A stretch of DNA of 64,000 nucleotides, taken from positions 35,475,727 to 35,539,726 of the forward strand of contig NC_069000.1 of NCBI RefSeq assembly GCF_001194135.2. The letters are read 5' to 3'. Source of the DNA: Octopus bimaculoides (taxonomy: Eukaryota). Below are positions 49,246 through 61,779 of the stretch, piece by piece; the stretch's first letter is position 1, and each line of letters begins with the position of its first letter. Made by a program: the position numbers and the translations under genes. A model generated the notes under the pieces. The model was not told where the DNA came from and made no database searches. It saw only the letters and a program-made list of their open reading frames with translations.

Positions 49246-49787
49246 TCCTTATCTTAACTAATTGGAAGTATTATCATGTACATGTTCTGTCTTACAAATA
49301 TTCTGCTCAATACTTGTCTTGGCATAAATGATGGGCTACAGCAAATATTCTGCTTAATACCACAGATTTGCTTGTCAGTTGTTTGATCTTAACCAGTTGA
49401 GCATGTCCCTTAGAGGCTGGCAATATGTGCATCTCTGATCACGTGCAAGAGTAGCGGGGGTAGGGTGTCATAGCCAAGTGTTGAGAGGGATTGTTCGAAT
49501 ATTTCACATCTGGAAACAAGGGTGATTTGCTCATCATCTTCAAACAGCTCTTATTCAGGAACCTTTTGAGTGGAATGGGCTACTCGAACCAAAGAAAATT
49601 CTAAGTGGACCCCCACCTGCAAAGTCATGCGCTGTTTAACTTGTTACGAGTTCACTATATCGTGCACATATGGTTGTGATGCATGTGCCTGGTGTACCCC
49701 CATCAGACGGTATATTGGACTTCATGTATTTGAACCCCAGTGTCACTTTCATGGCATGTGCCACTCTCTCATTCAATAGTAGTAGTA
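49246..49787 (+). mobile_element. Second copy of the (AAT)n-flanked repeat at 28511
   Basis: Colinear with 28511-29064; (AAT)n at 49225-49245. Confidence 0.8.
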
Positions 49788-49849
49788 AAACTTGATAATA
49801 AACAAGAAAGAATCAACAGCAAGTTGGATGCTGGAACGATAAGCCACTC

Positions 49850-50410
49850 TTATTTCAAAAATACCAAGAACACCATACACCCACAAAATTATAGGCCAAT
49901 AAAGATGCCTATCAACAATCTACCAAACATTCTATCAGTTATCTATAAACGTCTTGTAATACACCTGGAAAACAACAATGTTTTGCCAGAAGAACAAAAG
50001 AAAACACTTTTCTCTATACACAAGGAGGCAACAAAATACGAAACAGAAACGAATTACACTGAATCACTGATTTGAGATGAAAACACAGCAGGAATAGTCA
50101 GAGACAAAAATATCTTGAAAACAGAACAGCAAAACATACGGAAGAAGAAATGGATAGAAACATCAGTTCATGACCAATTTCCTTCAAGGCTTCACGGAAA
50201 AGGAGCGAGTTTCAGTAAAAGTCAACAATGGCTCGAAAGCTCTGGACTAAAAGCAGAAACGGAAGGATTGATTCTCGCTGCACAAGACCAATGCCTATCC
50301 ACAAACAACTATAAAAGCAAAATAATGAAAACAGGATCTAACACTAAATGCAGCCAGTAGAATGAGACAGTCGACCACATCTCTGACTGTCTAGTCCTTG
50401 CCAAATCTAA
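49850..50410 (+). mobile_element. Internally deleted Dong/R4-like LINE fragment (RT start joined to the zinc-knuckle region)
   Basis: PQNYRPI...HLENNNVLPEEQK, then WLESSGLKAETEGLILAAQDQCLSTNNY...KC...ETVDHI..C.VLAK. Confidence 0.82.
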
Positions 50411-51659
50411 ACACACACACATATAGTGGCTTCATGAAGGCATAGCATGGATTCGATCCTCGATAGCTAAATTTCACTTAACAGTTCAACAGTACTTTTC
50501 TCACGGTAAAACAATAGTTTTTCTGTAAGTGACAGCAGTTACATTTACCAGATGCCTTCGCTAAGCAGAATAATGTCTTTGCCACTTGACCTTTCTAACC
50601 TCTTCTATTTCACCAAAAGCTAGAATAGAGATAACGGATCGCCAACGAAATCTATTGTTCTCAACAATATGTCTATCCTTCTGGCTGGTTTTGGATAGTT
50701 ATAAAAACAAGAACTCCGTAAGCCAAAGTCAGTTAGTGAGAACCGAGTCTAGCTGACCGGCTGAACAAAATGCCGTCACTAAAGGAAAAGGCACAAAGAG
50801 GCATATATGGTAACTCACCAACGAAGCAGTTGTTTCGTCCCACCACTCTCACTTTTATTAAAGCTTTCTTTTCTCTGTAACATTACCATATCTCTCTCTA
50901 TATATACTACTATGAGATCGTGTACACACATATACAGGCTGAAATTAACTTTCTTTAAATTGCATGCTTTACGAAATGTGTTATATACTATTACACTAGC
51001 CTACATGTCGTGGTATATAAATATATATATATATATATATAAATAATTCTCTAACAGTTTTTTTCAAATGAATCAAGTCATAAACTTATCCATCTATTGT
51101 TTTCATNNNNNNNNNNNNNNNNNNNNNNNNNNNNNNNNNNNNNNNNNNNNNNNNNNNNNNNNNNNNNNNNNNNNNNNNNNNNNNNNNNNNNNNNNNNNNN
51201 NNNNNNAATTAATTATTTTGTTTATTTCTCTTTACTATACTATATTACCTGTATACTTACCCATATATATATTAATGGTTGTGCCTGTCACTTTCGTGCA
51301 TATGTGTATGCATTTCATTACTGCTTATGTATGTCGTGCGTTATATGCATATACATTCAATGGTGTGCATATGTTCGTCTCAGGAAACTCAAACGAAAAA
51401 TTATTGGACTGGTTTACAAATATCCATTGACCACTAATTCATTCTATTTAGAGGATACGAATATTTGCTTTTATTATTTCTTGGAAAGAAAAAAAACAGC
51501 TTTTAAGGTTCTTATGCAAATCTGTCGTTACTTAGCCCAGTACATGTATAATAATCGATACAAATGAAAATCTGTAGTATGAATATAAGGGCCATGGGTT
51601 TCTCGTTAGTTTACCATAAATGTTTTTCCGTTTCCTCGATTTCACATCCATTGAGTACT

Positions 51660-51765
51660 TGAGCTGATCTAACCTGAGCTGCCCTGACATGACCTGACCT
51701 GACTTGACCTATCTTGAACTGACCTGACATGATATGACATGATATGACATGACATGACCTCGACC
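51660..51765 (+). repeat. Pentanucleotide satellite (TGACC/TGACA/TGATA/TGAGC)n
   Basis: About 21 in-register 5-mers. Confidence 0.9.
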
Positions 51766-54700
51766 ACCGTGCATAATTTTTGTTCTCAGTTCCTTTAACA
51801 AATATGATACCCCCGGCGAGGGATGTAGTGTAAACTGGTGGATATTTTGGGGCGGCTACTAACGATTGGGACGGTATTTTTCCTGCTGGTATGGCACATT
51901 CGACATTTTCGGTCACAACGCGGAAGTTTTTATCTTTCATCTTTTACTTGTTTCAGTCTTTGAAGTGCGGCCATGCTGGAGCATCACCTTGAAAAGTATT
52001 TAGCTGAGCAAAACGCTCCCCGGTACTTATGTTTTAAGTCTGGCACGTATCCTATTGGCTTCTCTTGCTGAACCGCTAAGTTACGGGGACGTATATAGAC
52101 CAACACCGGTTGTCAAGAGTGGTGGGTGGGGCAAACAGGCACACAGACACAAAGACCTACACGCTCTCACGCATGCACGCATACGCGAACACACGCGCGC
52201 ACATACACACACATGCATACACACAACGCGCGCGCACATATATAATCGTACACTACTGGTTTCCTTTCACACAATTTCCGTCTACCAAATTCCCTCAAAA
52301 TACCGTGCATAATGAGACTGAACACGAAACCAAGTAGATACAAAGCGGCCTTCTTAATCACACAACCATACCTGCGCCTATATCTTGCATCTACCACGTA
52401 TTTACTAGCAATCTTCTGCTCCTGAATAGCAGAAAGACTTACCTTACTAGGTGAGACGCTAAGTCATTATCACAATCCAGGTAAAACTATTATTCCTGGT
52501 AACGATGATGGCGTTCTTGTTGTCGCAAGTTATATACCAAAGTATAACTTTCTGTTCGTCTGATGAGTGTTTCTTCTCCAAGAATCTGTTTAAGCAGGTT
52601 AATCCACTTTCTTTCGCTTCACACGGAACAGCTGTACTCTGAGTCCATATTCAGAAGTTTACCTAATTCTACGTTGTTTTGTATTTTCACTATTAAGTAC
52701 ACGAGACACTCCCTTCAGTGTTGAGTAGGCGTTGTTTGAGTGATATAGAGCGACACTCAGAGGTTGACCACGTGCTTCGGCTTCCATTCTTCCATTTAAC
52801 AAAGTACTGTCGGTGTCACTGTTGAAGTGAAAATTACAAGTGGTGGTTAATGTCTTTCCTGTCTTGGTGTTCTAGTTTCGAATCTCTTCAAGTGTCCCGT
52901 CAAGGATCTTAAATATTAGCACCAGCATTAGCACTAGCTGTGGCACTGCAAAAGCATTATTTGATATGATCTTATTGAATGATTTTTATACCTTCCAAAG
53001 TCTGCTGACGTATTCTTTTTGTCACTCCAGTTTTACTCACAGCACCAACGTACGCAATATTCTCATAAATTTCGGGGTATTTCTAACAGTCATCACTGAA
53101 GATGGAGAAGACAGATAGGTTATTGGCGTTCATATTTTTCTCTCTGGCTGACAATTTCTCCTCAGTTGATTGCCTAACAAAACTACATTTCTGTGTCCTT
53201 TGAAAATGTTGCAATAGTGCTATACCTTGGTCTCGAGGATATTATTTGAATGCAGCTTAAGATCATCAATGAAAACGGTGACTGCTATTACGATTTCTCT
53301 CTTCTACAGATCCTGTCATGCAGAAACAGATGCAGAAACAGAACAAATACCGGAACCAATGAAAGAGAAAAGAGACAATCCCGTGGCTTGCTTCTTATGC
53401 GACCCGAGCATACATCCTTTAATTAGCTTCGTTAAATCCAAAGTTCACCAAATATTAGCAATAATTTCTAGTCAATTATAAACTTCTGATTTGCTTCTCA
53501 ATTGTAAACTTGAAATGATTCCAAACTTAATATATCTTTGCGTAAATCTAGATTGCAATTAAATTGCTTGATTAATCTCTTGCATTATAACCTCACCTAA
53601 TCATGCGTCATATAAGATCATTAGTAGCATCTACTAATAAATCACATATGTGAATTATCTTTCCAAATCTTATTACTTACGCGACAAATACACTATACCC
53701 TAATCTGACACGAATGTGTCAGATGTAGCTATCTGCTGTTACATTAAAATTAAACTCCGAAGTCTTATTTCACACATTAGTCGCCACAGATTTATTGCAA
53801 ATCCAAGCCGAAACGTCAAAATGATTAATCTTGTTTACATCCTCACCACTTCTGTTGGCGTCCAGATATCTAGGATAAATTCTATGTAATTTATTCTTGA
53901 ACATTAATTACTTAATCCAACCTAAATTCTTCTTTTCCAGAAGTCACTAAGAAAACTAAACTCACTGAGTGCTAAATACAAAAATCACCTAACAAGACTA
54001 AAATCACCTATCTTCATAGGAATATCTCTAGCTTGTCTGAATAGCTTGCACGCAGATATAGACCTGTGTGTGTGTATGTGTGTGTATGTGTGTGTGTGTG
54101 TGAAGTCTTGGCGATTATCTCAGTCAGCACTCATGCAAATCCATGCTAACAAGATGTAATGGTGGAGGGGAAAAACGATCCAGTAAATTTAATGTGTTCC
54201 ACAGAAACTGAGAACCCAGGACGTTTACAACAACCACTGTGTATAACATATGATGAATACAAGATTGAAGATATTGGATCACACTTATTACTCAGTCGTT
54301 TCAATAACAGATAGGCTGGATAAATCATTTAACATGCTGGAATCAATATAAACAATGGATATGTAATTTCATGCGATATTAAATGGAACTCCATTCTGGC
54401 ATGTCATCGTGACCTTGCAAAAGATACAATACGCTTCCATTAGGATGAAAACCCTTGCAAATATACAATAAGTGGGAGTGGCTTGGAGTATGGTTGAGAG
54501 CAATTAATCATTTAGATATGCTTATGGAAATGTACAGAGTAAATTGATCAAAGGACAGGCGATACAACTAGATAAATCAATTTAGGGGCTTGGCATACCA
54601 AGTTAGGTGTGGCAAGGGATATATAATATCGATGGCTGTCAGAATAGGGAGGATGGTATTTAATGACAATGGTATTTAAAGACGGTGGTATTCACAAATG

Positions 54701-57661
54701 GTCATTAGTTAAGCGGGATGGGTATGTCAGGAATAACCTTACAGGAACTACGATAAGAAAAAAGTTTAAGAAAATGAGAAGGAGGAAGATTGAAGAGGAT
54801 CGTGAAGAATAGTAAGATAGAAAACGATAGAAAGATATAAAGCCGTACAATTAAAGGTGATGATTAATTTCACATTAAATAGAATAGAACAGTAAGTCGT
54901 ATCATAGTATCTCTTTACTTGATGTTACATATGTTTCTGTATTCCACAATTAATGACGCCATATCATATAATAATATAATAGTATAATATAATACAATAA
55001 AAGTAAATATTAATGATAAGAAATAAATATTAGTTTCAAATTTTGGCACAAGGTCAGCAATCTGGAGGAAGGGGATAAGTCGACTACATCGACCCCAGAG
55101 CTCAGCTAGTACTTATTTTATCGACCCCGAACGGATGAAATGCAAAGTCGTCTTCAGCAGTATTTGAACACAGAATGTAAAGACGGACGAAATGCCGCTA
55201 AACATTTTGTCCAGCGTGCTAACGATTCTAATATAATTATTATTACATTAAACAGGATCAGTAATTGGCTATAAAAGAAAAATTGTAGCAGGAAACAATA
55301 AGATAGGAATGAGATAATAAACGAATAATTAGTTCTAAAGAGCAGTTAAAACCATTAGAAGGGATCAACTAATTACAGAGCAATAAGTATCAAAAGAAAT
55401 TAGAGAAGAATGATAGTAACAATAAGAAAGGAAGTACAATCGAAGGAAATACGTATGTTGATTTATAATATCTTATAACACAACACATAAGTTTAATAAA
55501 CGGAATCCTCAAAAAGGTTTTATTTAATCTGGCGTAGGTAACGGATTAACAACTCATTACGTATGTTAATTTGTCAAGATTTGCAGCTTAGAATTTGAAG
55601 TGCCTCTATGCCACGTAATTACAACTTCTCCACCCACTTTGTACAAGTGCTGTCCAAATAATTAAACACGAATTATAGTAATCTATATTCCTATTCTTCA
55701 AATCCAAATGAATTTTGTTCATGGAGTATTATGTACATGTTATTAAAAGAATGTACATAGTTGCTCTACCTCAACTTGAATTTTGATGTGACACTGATAT
55801 AGTACTAAACCTTATCAGGTGTTAGGACTGAACATTTATATACTATATCCCTCCGGAGGCACTGGTTACTAAAAGGGTGACCATCTCTAACTCTTCAGTA
55901 AACACTGACTATGAGGTTTACTAAATAGTGTCAAATTAGTACTTGAATTATTATTAGAGCTACTGTTAGGAAGAAGCATATAATCGATAGTAGCATTCCT
56001 GTTAGATCGATATGCGTTATTAACGGAAGAACTAGAGGAAAAAAAAAACAGTTATTATAATTAGAATCACAAATTTCTTATCAACAACGACTATAGTATC
56101 AACCAAATTAGTTGTGATGGAATATGAAAATTTAGAAGCGTGAATCCTTCGATCTGAGGTCACCTTATCCATCCTTCACAGCTGGCACAAGTGTGTATAT
56201 ATGTGATTAGGTAGGGGCACACCGTGCCAGCTCGTTTCACATCCATATCACCAAGATAGTGGTAATGTGCAAGGGAATGGCCGGATGGATTCTGAGAACC
56301 TTCTATGACTAAAACGTTAAACCTCACCTAGAAACAACTATTAACAACATGATCAATTCTGCATATTAAAAAAAAAATTGAACAAGGAAGTTTGCTCCTC
56401 AACCAGATGGATACGAGTTCAGTCTCACTGCATGGCACCTTGGGTAAGTGTTTTCTACTATAGGATCCTGGATAACCATCGATTCCAGATAAAGAGCTCT
56501 CAGTGTTAGAATCGATATCGCTTTTATTTTATCTGCTTTCGCTGGAAGATACGGATCGCATCAGTCAATGAAGGCACGAAATGTTCTTCAACGGGATCAT
56601 TGATCTAGGTGAGATAGCACCTCAATCTCCCTCAACTCCCTGAAATCACATCCTACCGACGTTAACAAAAAAGGAAGAGAAGAAACTAGGAATATACAGG
56701 GTAATGTAGATCTAGACAAGAATGAACAACCTTTTTCGAGAAGCAGGCCGTATAGATCATCATGAAGTGAGTCGCACTACTAAAAAAATTTTAAGTAACT
56801 TTTCGTTAGACGTGCCATACAGAAATTCCTGCGGGCCGCAGTTTTCCTATGACTGATCTAGATATCGAGAAAAAACCGGGATGGTTGCAAACGAAATGCC
56901 CTTAATCAAATATTTACTTAATTAAGGCCGGACTACGAGTTCAACTACTGCTACAACAATAACGACAGCATAAACAATTGTGATATCTAAGTTCAACTTG
57001 GCAATAAACAAAATAACGTCTGGAATTTACGCTTATCTTCTTGCTTATATGGCTTCTTGCTAAAGGTCGTTCTTATCTTCTTACATGTACGCTTCTTGCT
57101 AAAATAACTTCAACAAAATTTCTACACGAGAAAGTGACGTCATAACAGTTGCATGACATCATGGCATCAGTTTTGATAATATGGACGATATTCAAACAGT
57201 CTCAACGTCGTTTGGAGGCAACCTCAACCATATAAGTTTTTGCAGTTGTTTCAACTGTTATTTGGTTTAACAAAGCATTTTGCGAGCTACCCAAAGGGAA
57301 AACCGAAAAGCAAAAATGTCACATACGATGGTATACCCGATTCACCGACGCAGTGCTTCAGCGCCACCGCCAGTAACAAGAAGGGTGAAAAATACAAAAA
57401 CAAGTATGTACTGCCGGATTATAACCCCGTTCAATTCTATCCTTTATTTTCTATCTTTTATTTGTTGTCGTCATTAGACTACGGCCATGTTGGGGCACCG
57501 CCTTGTGCAATTTTAATCGGATGAATCGACCCCAGTACTTCTTTATTTTTTACTTTTTTAAGCCTGGTACTTATTCTATCCGTCACTTTTGCCGAACCGC
57601 TAAGTTACGGGGACGTAACTGCACCAAAACCCGTTTTCAAGCCGTAATAGGGGACAAGCAT

Positions 57662-57714
<53 letters not shown>

Positions 57715-57979
57715 TACACAAACACACGACGGGCTTCTCTCAGTTTCCATCTTCCAAATCCAGTCACAATGCTATAGTAGAAAACACTTGCCCAAGGTGC
57801 CATGCAGCAAGGCTGAATTCGTAACCATCTGGTCGAGGAGCAAACTTCCTTGTTCAACTTTTTTTTAAATACGCAACGCAGAATTGACCACGTTTTCAAT
57901 AGTTGCTAATTGTTTCTTTAAGTGCTGGTTGTTTTGGTTGGGGTGAGGTTTAATGTTTTAGTCAGAGAAAGAAAAAAAA

Positions 57980-58514
57980 AGTGCCAACGTCCTTTTTAAA
58001 GGTTTCCGTGACTGGGAGGAGAAAGAGAGGAGAGGAAGTTATTCCCAGACCTGAAACCTCATCTAAATACTTGTAACGGAATGGACTCCATCTAAGACAC
58101 CTCAAATCTGTGTTGTGGTGTAAAACCGGGCGAAGTAGTAAGCCTACCATTCCAAAACATGAACGGGATTCTACATAGTTTCCGTCCACATATTGTCATT
58201 CACGAGTTTTTGGTCGACTCGAAGTTATGATAGAAGGTAGATGACACTCGATCGAAGTGCCGCGCGATGGGATGGGATCTAATGCGGAACCCTGTTGTTG
58301 CGGAGAGAAGTCGTTAACCACACACCTGTCTTTTGGAGGACGTTAAAGAACTTAAGATTTATATATAGAAATATCAGTCTTCGCAACCCAGACCTCAGGT
58401 GTCTTGGACGAAGTCCATTCTGTTGCTAGTATTTAGATTAGGACTCTGGTTGGAGAATGACTCCCTTTCTTCCACCTACCAGCCACGGAAACCTTTAAAA
58501 AGGACGTTGGCACT
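57980..58514. mobile_element. Foldback element with about 130-bp inverted arms (terminal 36 bp 35/36 identical) enclosing a decayed SINE-like segment
   Basis: AGTGCCAACGTCCTTTTTAAAGGTTTCCGTGACTGG (57980-58015) and CCAGCCACGGAAACCTTTAAAAAGGACGTTGGCACT (58479-58514); weaker pairing continues inward. Confidence 0.85.
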
Positions 58515-58806
58515 ACTCCTCTTTCTCTGACTCTCAGTAATGCAGTATAATGTGTACCTTTTATGCAGACGCACACATACACACAGGCACGCATACATCC
58601 ACACACACACACACACACACACACACATAAATACGTATGTGTGTCTATTACACACGTGGTCACAAAAAGAAGTAAACTCGCGCACGATATATGCAGTCAC
58701 GTGGAGAGGTATAAAAGCTCATACACGCACTTGCCCACACAATTGTATATCTCACTGACTACGCATGCACAAACTATATTTCTTATAACATCTGTGACAC
58801 TCTCTA

Positions 58807-59041
58807 AGGCGGCGAGCTGGCAGAGACGTTAGCACGCCGGGCGAAATGCTTAGCGGTATTTCGTCTGCCGTTACGTTCTGAGTTCAAATTCCGCCGAGGT
58901 CGACTTTGCCTTTCATTCTTTCGGGGTCGATAAATTAAGTACCAATTACGCACTGGGGTCGATGTAATCGACTTAATCCGTTCGTCTGTTCTCGTTTGTT
59001 CCCTCTATGTTTAGCCCCTTGTGGGCAATAACGAAATAGGT
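58807..59041 (+). mobile_element. Near-consensus family B SINE
   Basis: GGCGGCGAGCTGGCAG...GAGTTCAAATTCCGCCGAGGTCGAC...GTGGGCAATAACGAAATAG; all CpGs retained. Confidence 0.9.
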
Positions 59042-59823
59042 NNNNNNNNNNNNNNNNNNNNNNNNNNNNNNNNNNNNNNNNNNNNNNNNNNNNNNNNNNN
59101 NNNNNNNNNNNNNNNNNNNNNNNNNNNNNNNNNNNNNNNNNNNNNNNNNNNNNNNNNNNNNNNNNNNNNNNNNNNNNNNNNNNNNNNNNNNNNNNNNNNN
59201 NNNNNNNNNNNNNNNNNNNNNNNNNNNNNNNNNNNNNNNNNNNNNNNNNNNNNNNNNNNNNNNNNNNNNNNNNNNNNNNNNNNNNNNNNNNNNNNNNNNN
59301 NNNNNNNNNNNNNNNNNNNNNNNNNNNNNNNNNNNNNNNNNNNNNNNNNNNNNNNNNNNNNNNNNNNNNNNNNNNNNNNNNNNNNNNNNNNNNNNNNNNN
59401 NNNNNNNNNNNNNNNNNNNNNNNNNNNNNNNNNNNNNNNNNNNNNNNNNNNNNNNNNNNNNNNNNNNNNNNNNNNNNNNNNNNNNNNNNNNNNNNNNNNN
59501 NNNNNNNNNNNNNNNNNNNNNNNNNNNNNNNNNNNNNNNNNNNNNNNNNNNNNNNNNNNNNNNNNNNNNNNNNNNNNNNNNNNNNNNNNNNNNNNNNNNN
59601 NNNNNNNNNNNNNNNNNNNNNNNNNNNNNNNNNNNNNNNNNNNNNNNNNNNNNNNNNNNNNNNNNNNNNNNNNNNNNNNNNNNNNNNNNNNNNNNNNNNN
59701 NNNNNNNNNNNNNNNNNNNNNNNNNNNNNNNNNNNNNNNNNNNNNNNNNNNNNNNNNNNNNNNNNNNNNNNNNNNNNNNNNNNNNNNNNNNNNNNNNNNN
59801 NNNNNNNNNNNNNNNNNNNNNNN

Positions 59824-60089
59824 CCTCCTCCTCATCATCATCCCGCTCCTCGTCCTCCTCATCATCATCATCCCGCTCCTCCTCCTCCTCCTCCTCATCA
59901 TCATCATCCCGCTCCTCCTCTTCCTCATCATCATCCCGCTCCTCCTCATCATCATCATCATCCCGCTCCTCCTCCTCATCATCATCATCATCCCTCTCCT
60001 CCTCCTCCTCCTCATCATCATCATCATCATCCCTCTCCTCCATCTCCTCCTCCTCATCATCATCATCCCGCTCCTCGTCCTCCTCATCC
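59824..60089. repeat. Compound trinucleotide minisatellite [(CCT)n(CAT)n CCCGCT]
   Basis: About 10 units; runs into the gap 59042-59823; reads E(n)RD(n) on the minus strand. Confidence 0.92.
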
Positions 60090-60350
60090 AGTATGTTGAA
60101 GCCACTATAATTCACAACCGTTACCATCTTGTATTTTGAGATATATCATCTGTGTGGTGACATCGAGCAGCAGACGCCACTCGTAGTCAACGGAGTGAAT
60201 TGGAACCACATAAAATGAAGTGCCTTACGCAAGGGCACCAAATGCTACCTGGTCCGGAAATCAAATCCGCCAGAACAACAGCCTAACAATTAGGTCAAAG
60301 GCCATTATTTGCCGAATATGTGTAGATATGTATATATATAATCACAACGC

Positions 60351-60662
60351 GTGAAGGTCTGTGGCTTAGTGGTTAGGGTATTCGGCTCGCGATTGTAAGG
60401 TCGTAAGTTCGATTCCCGACAGTGCGTTGTGTCTTTGAGCAAGTCACTTTGCTTCAGTTCGCTCACTTGGCAAAAATGAGTTATGGCTGTATTTCAAAGG
60501 GGGCCAGCTTTGTCACATTGTGAGTCACGCTGAATCCCTTTGAGAACCACGTTAAGGGAACGCGTGTCTGTGTATGTTCAGTCACTTGCGCGTTAATTTC
60601 ACGAGCAGGCTGTTCCGGTGATCGGTTCAACTGAAATACTCGTCGTCGTAAGCGACGGAGCG
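60351..60662 (+). mobile_element. Family C-related SINE
   Basis: tRNA-like head GTGGCTTAGTGGTTAGGG...GTTCGATTCCC and TTAATTTCACGAGCAGGCTGTTCC body. Confidence 0.82.
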
Positions 60663-60832
60663 TCAGTTTAATCCCATCGCAGTTCTAATACAAATACCAG
60701 CTTGGTGCCTGGCGCGAATAAGACCACCAAAACCAACAAGATGAAAAGGGTTCGAAATGATAACTAAACCGTATCGTCTGTCGTGCGGGTTAACATGTGA
60801 CGCGTTCAGATCTTAAGAGAGGTCCTTTCAAA

Positions 60833-60898
<66 letters not shown>

Positions 60899-61779
60899 NN
60901 NNNNNNNNNNNNNNNNNNNNNNNNNNNNNNNNNNNNNNNNNNNNNNNNNNNNNNNNNNNNNNNNNNNNNNNNNNNNNNNNNNNNNNNNNNNNNNNNNNNN
61001 NNNNNNNNNNNNNNNNNNNNNNNNNNNNNNNNNNNNNNNNNNNNNNNNNNNNNNNNNNNNNNNNNNNNNNNNNNNNNNNNNNNNNNNNNNNNNNNNNNNN
61101 NNNNNNNNNNNNNNNCACACACACACACACCCACACACAAAATGCGTATCCCGGGACACCGAAGCAAGTTCAGGAGGGAAAAAACTGTTAGTGATTTTGG
61201 AACGATAGGACTCTAAGGCAGGGCGTACCCGAGAATTTACCCCCTGTGATCTTCTCAGGAATAGTGGACGGAGAAGATAGATGGATGTATATGCACACAA
61301 ATTTTCTAGTTGCTTTACTAGCAAGCCCTATAACTGGTACTCCGTCGGTTACGACGACGAGGGTTCCAGTTGATCCGATCAACGGAACAGCTTGCTTGAG
61401 CACTCCACAGACACAAGTACAGAGAGATTCTGCCTGATACAGAATGTGGCAAGGCTGGCCTTTTGAAATGCAGATACAACTAATTTTTACCAGCTGAGTG
61501 AACTAGATCAACGTGAAATAAAGTGTTCTTACTCAAGGACATAACGCACTGTCGGGAATCGAACTCACGGCTTTACAATCGAGAGTCGAATACCCTAACC
61601 ACCAAGCCATGCGTGAAGCATTATAATAAGCTTTTTACTCAATGTCATTTAAGTATTGTCTTCCGTTTTTACTTAGGTTCGAATTTCTTCCAACCATCTT
61701 AGCTAACTCTCTCGTCCTTTCTTTTGCTTCGGTAGTTACTTTCCATTTCCATTCATCAAACCCGTCAACTTGTATTTAT

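Noticed and set aside
50819-50880. Minus-strand GTGAGT donor-like site
   Set aside because: No credible acceptor or polypyrimidine tract; such hexamers occur by chance
13838-60139. Long ORFs of 200-380 aa in the track (e.g. 13838, 23369, 25534, 31723, 40005, 46966, 59021)
   Set aside because: They are open only because they run through N gaps
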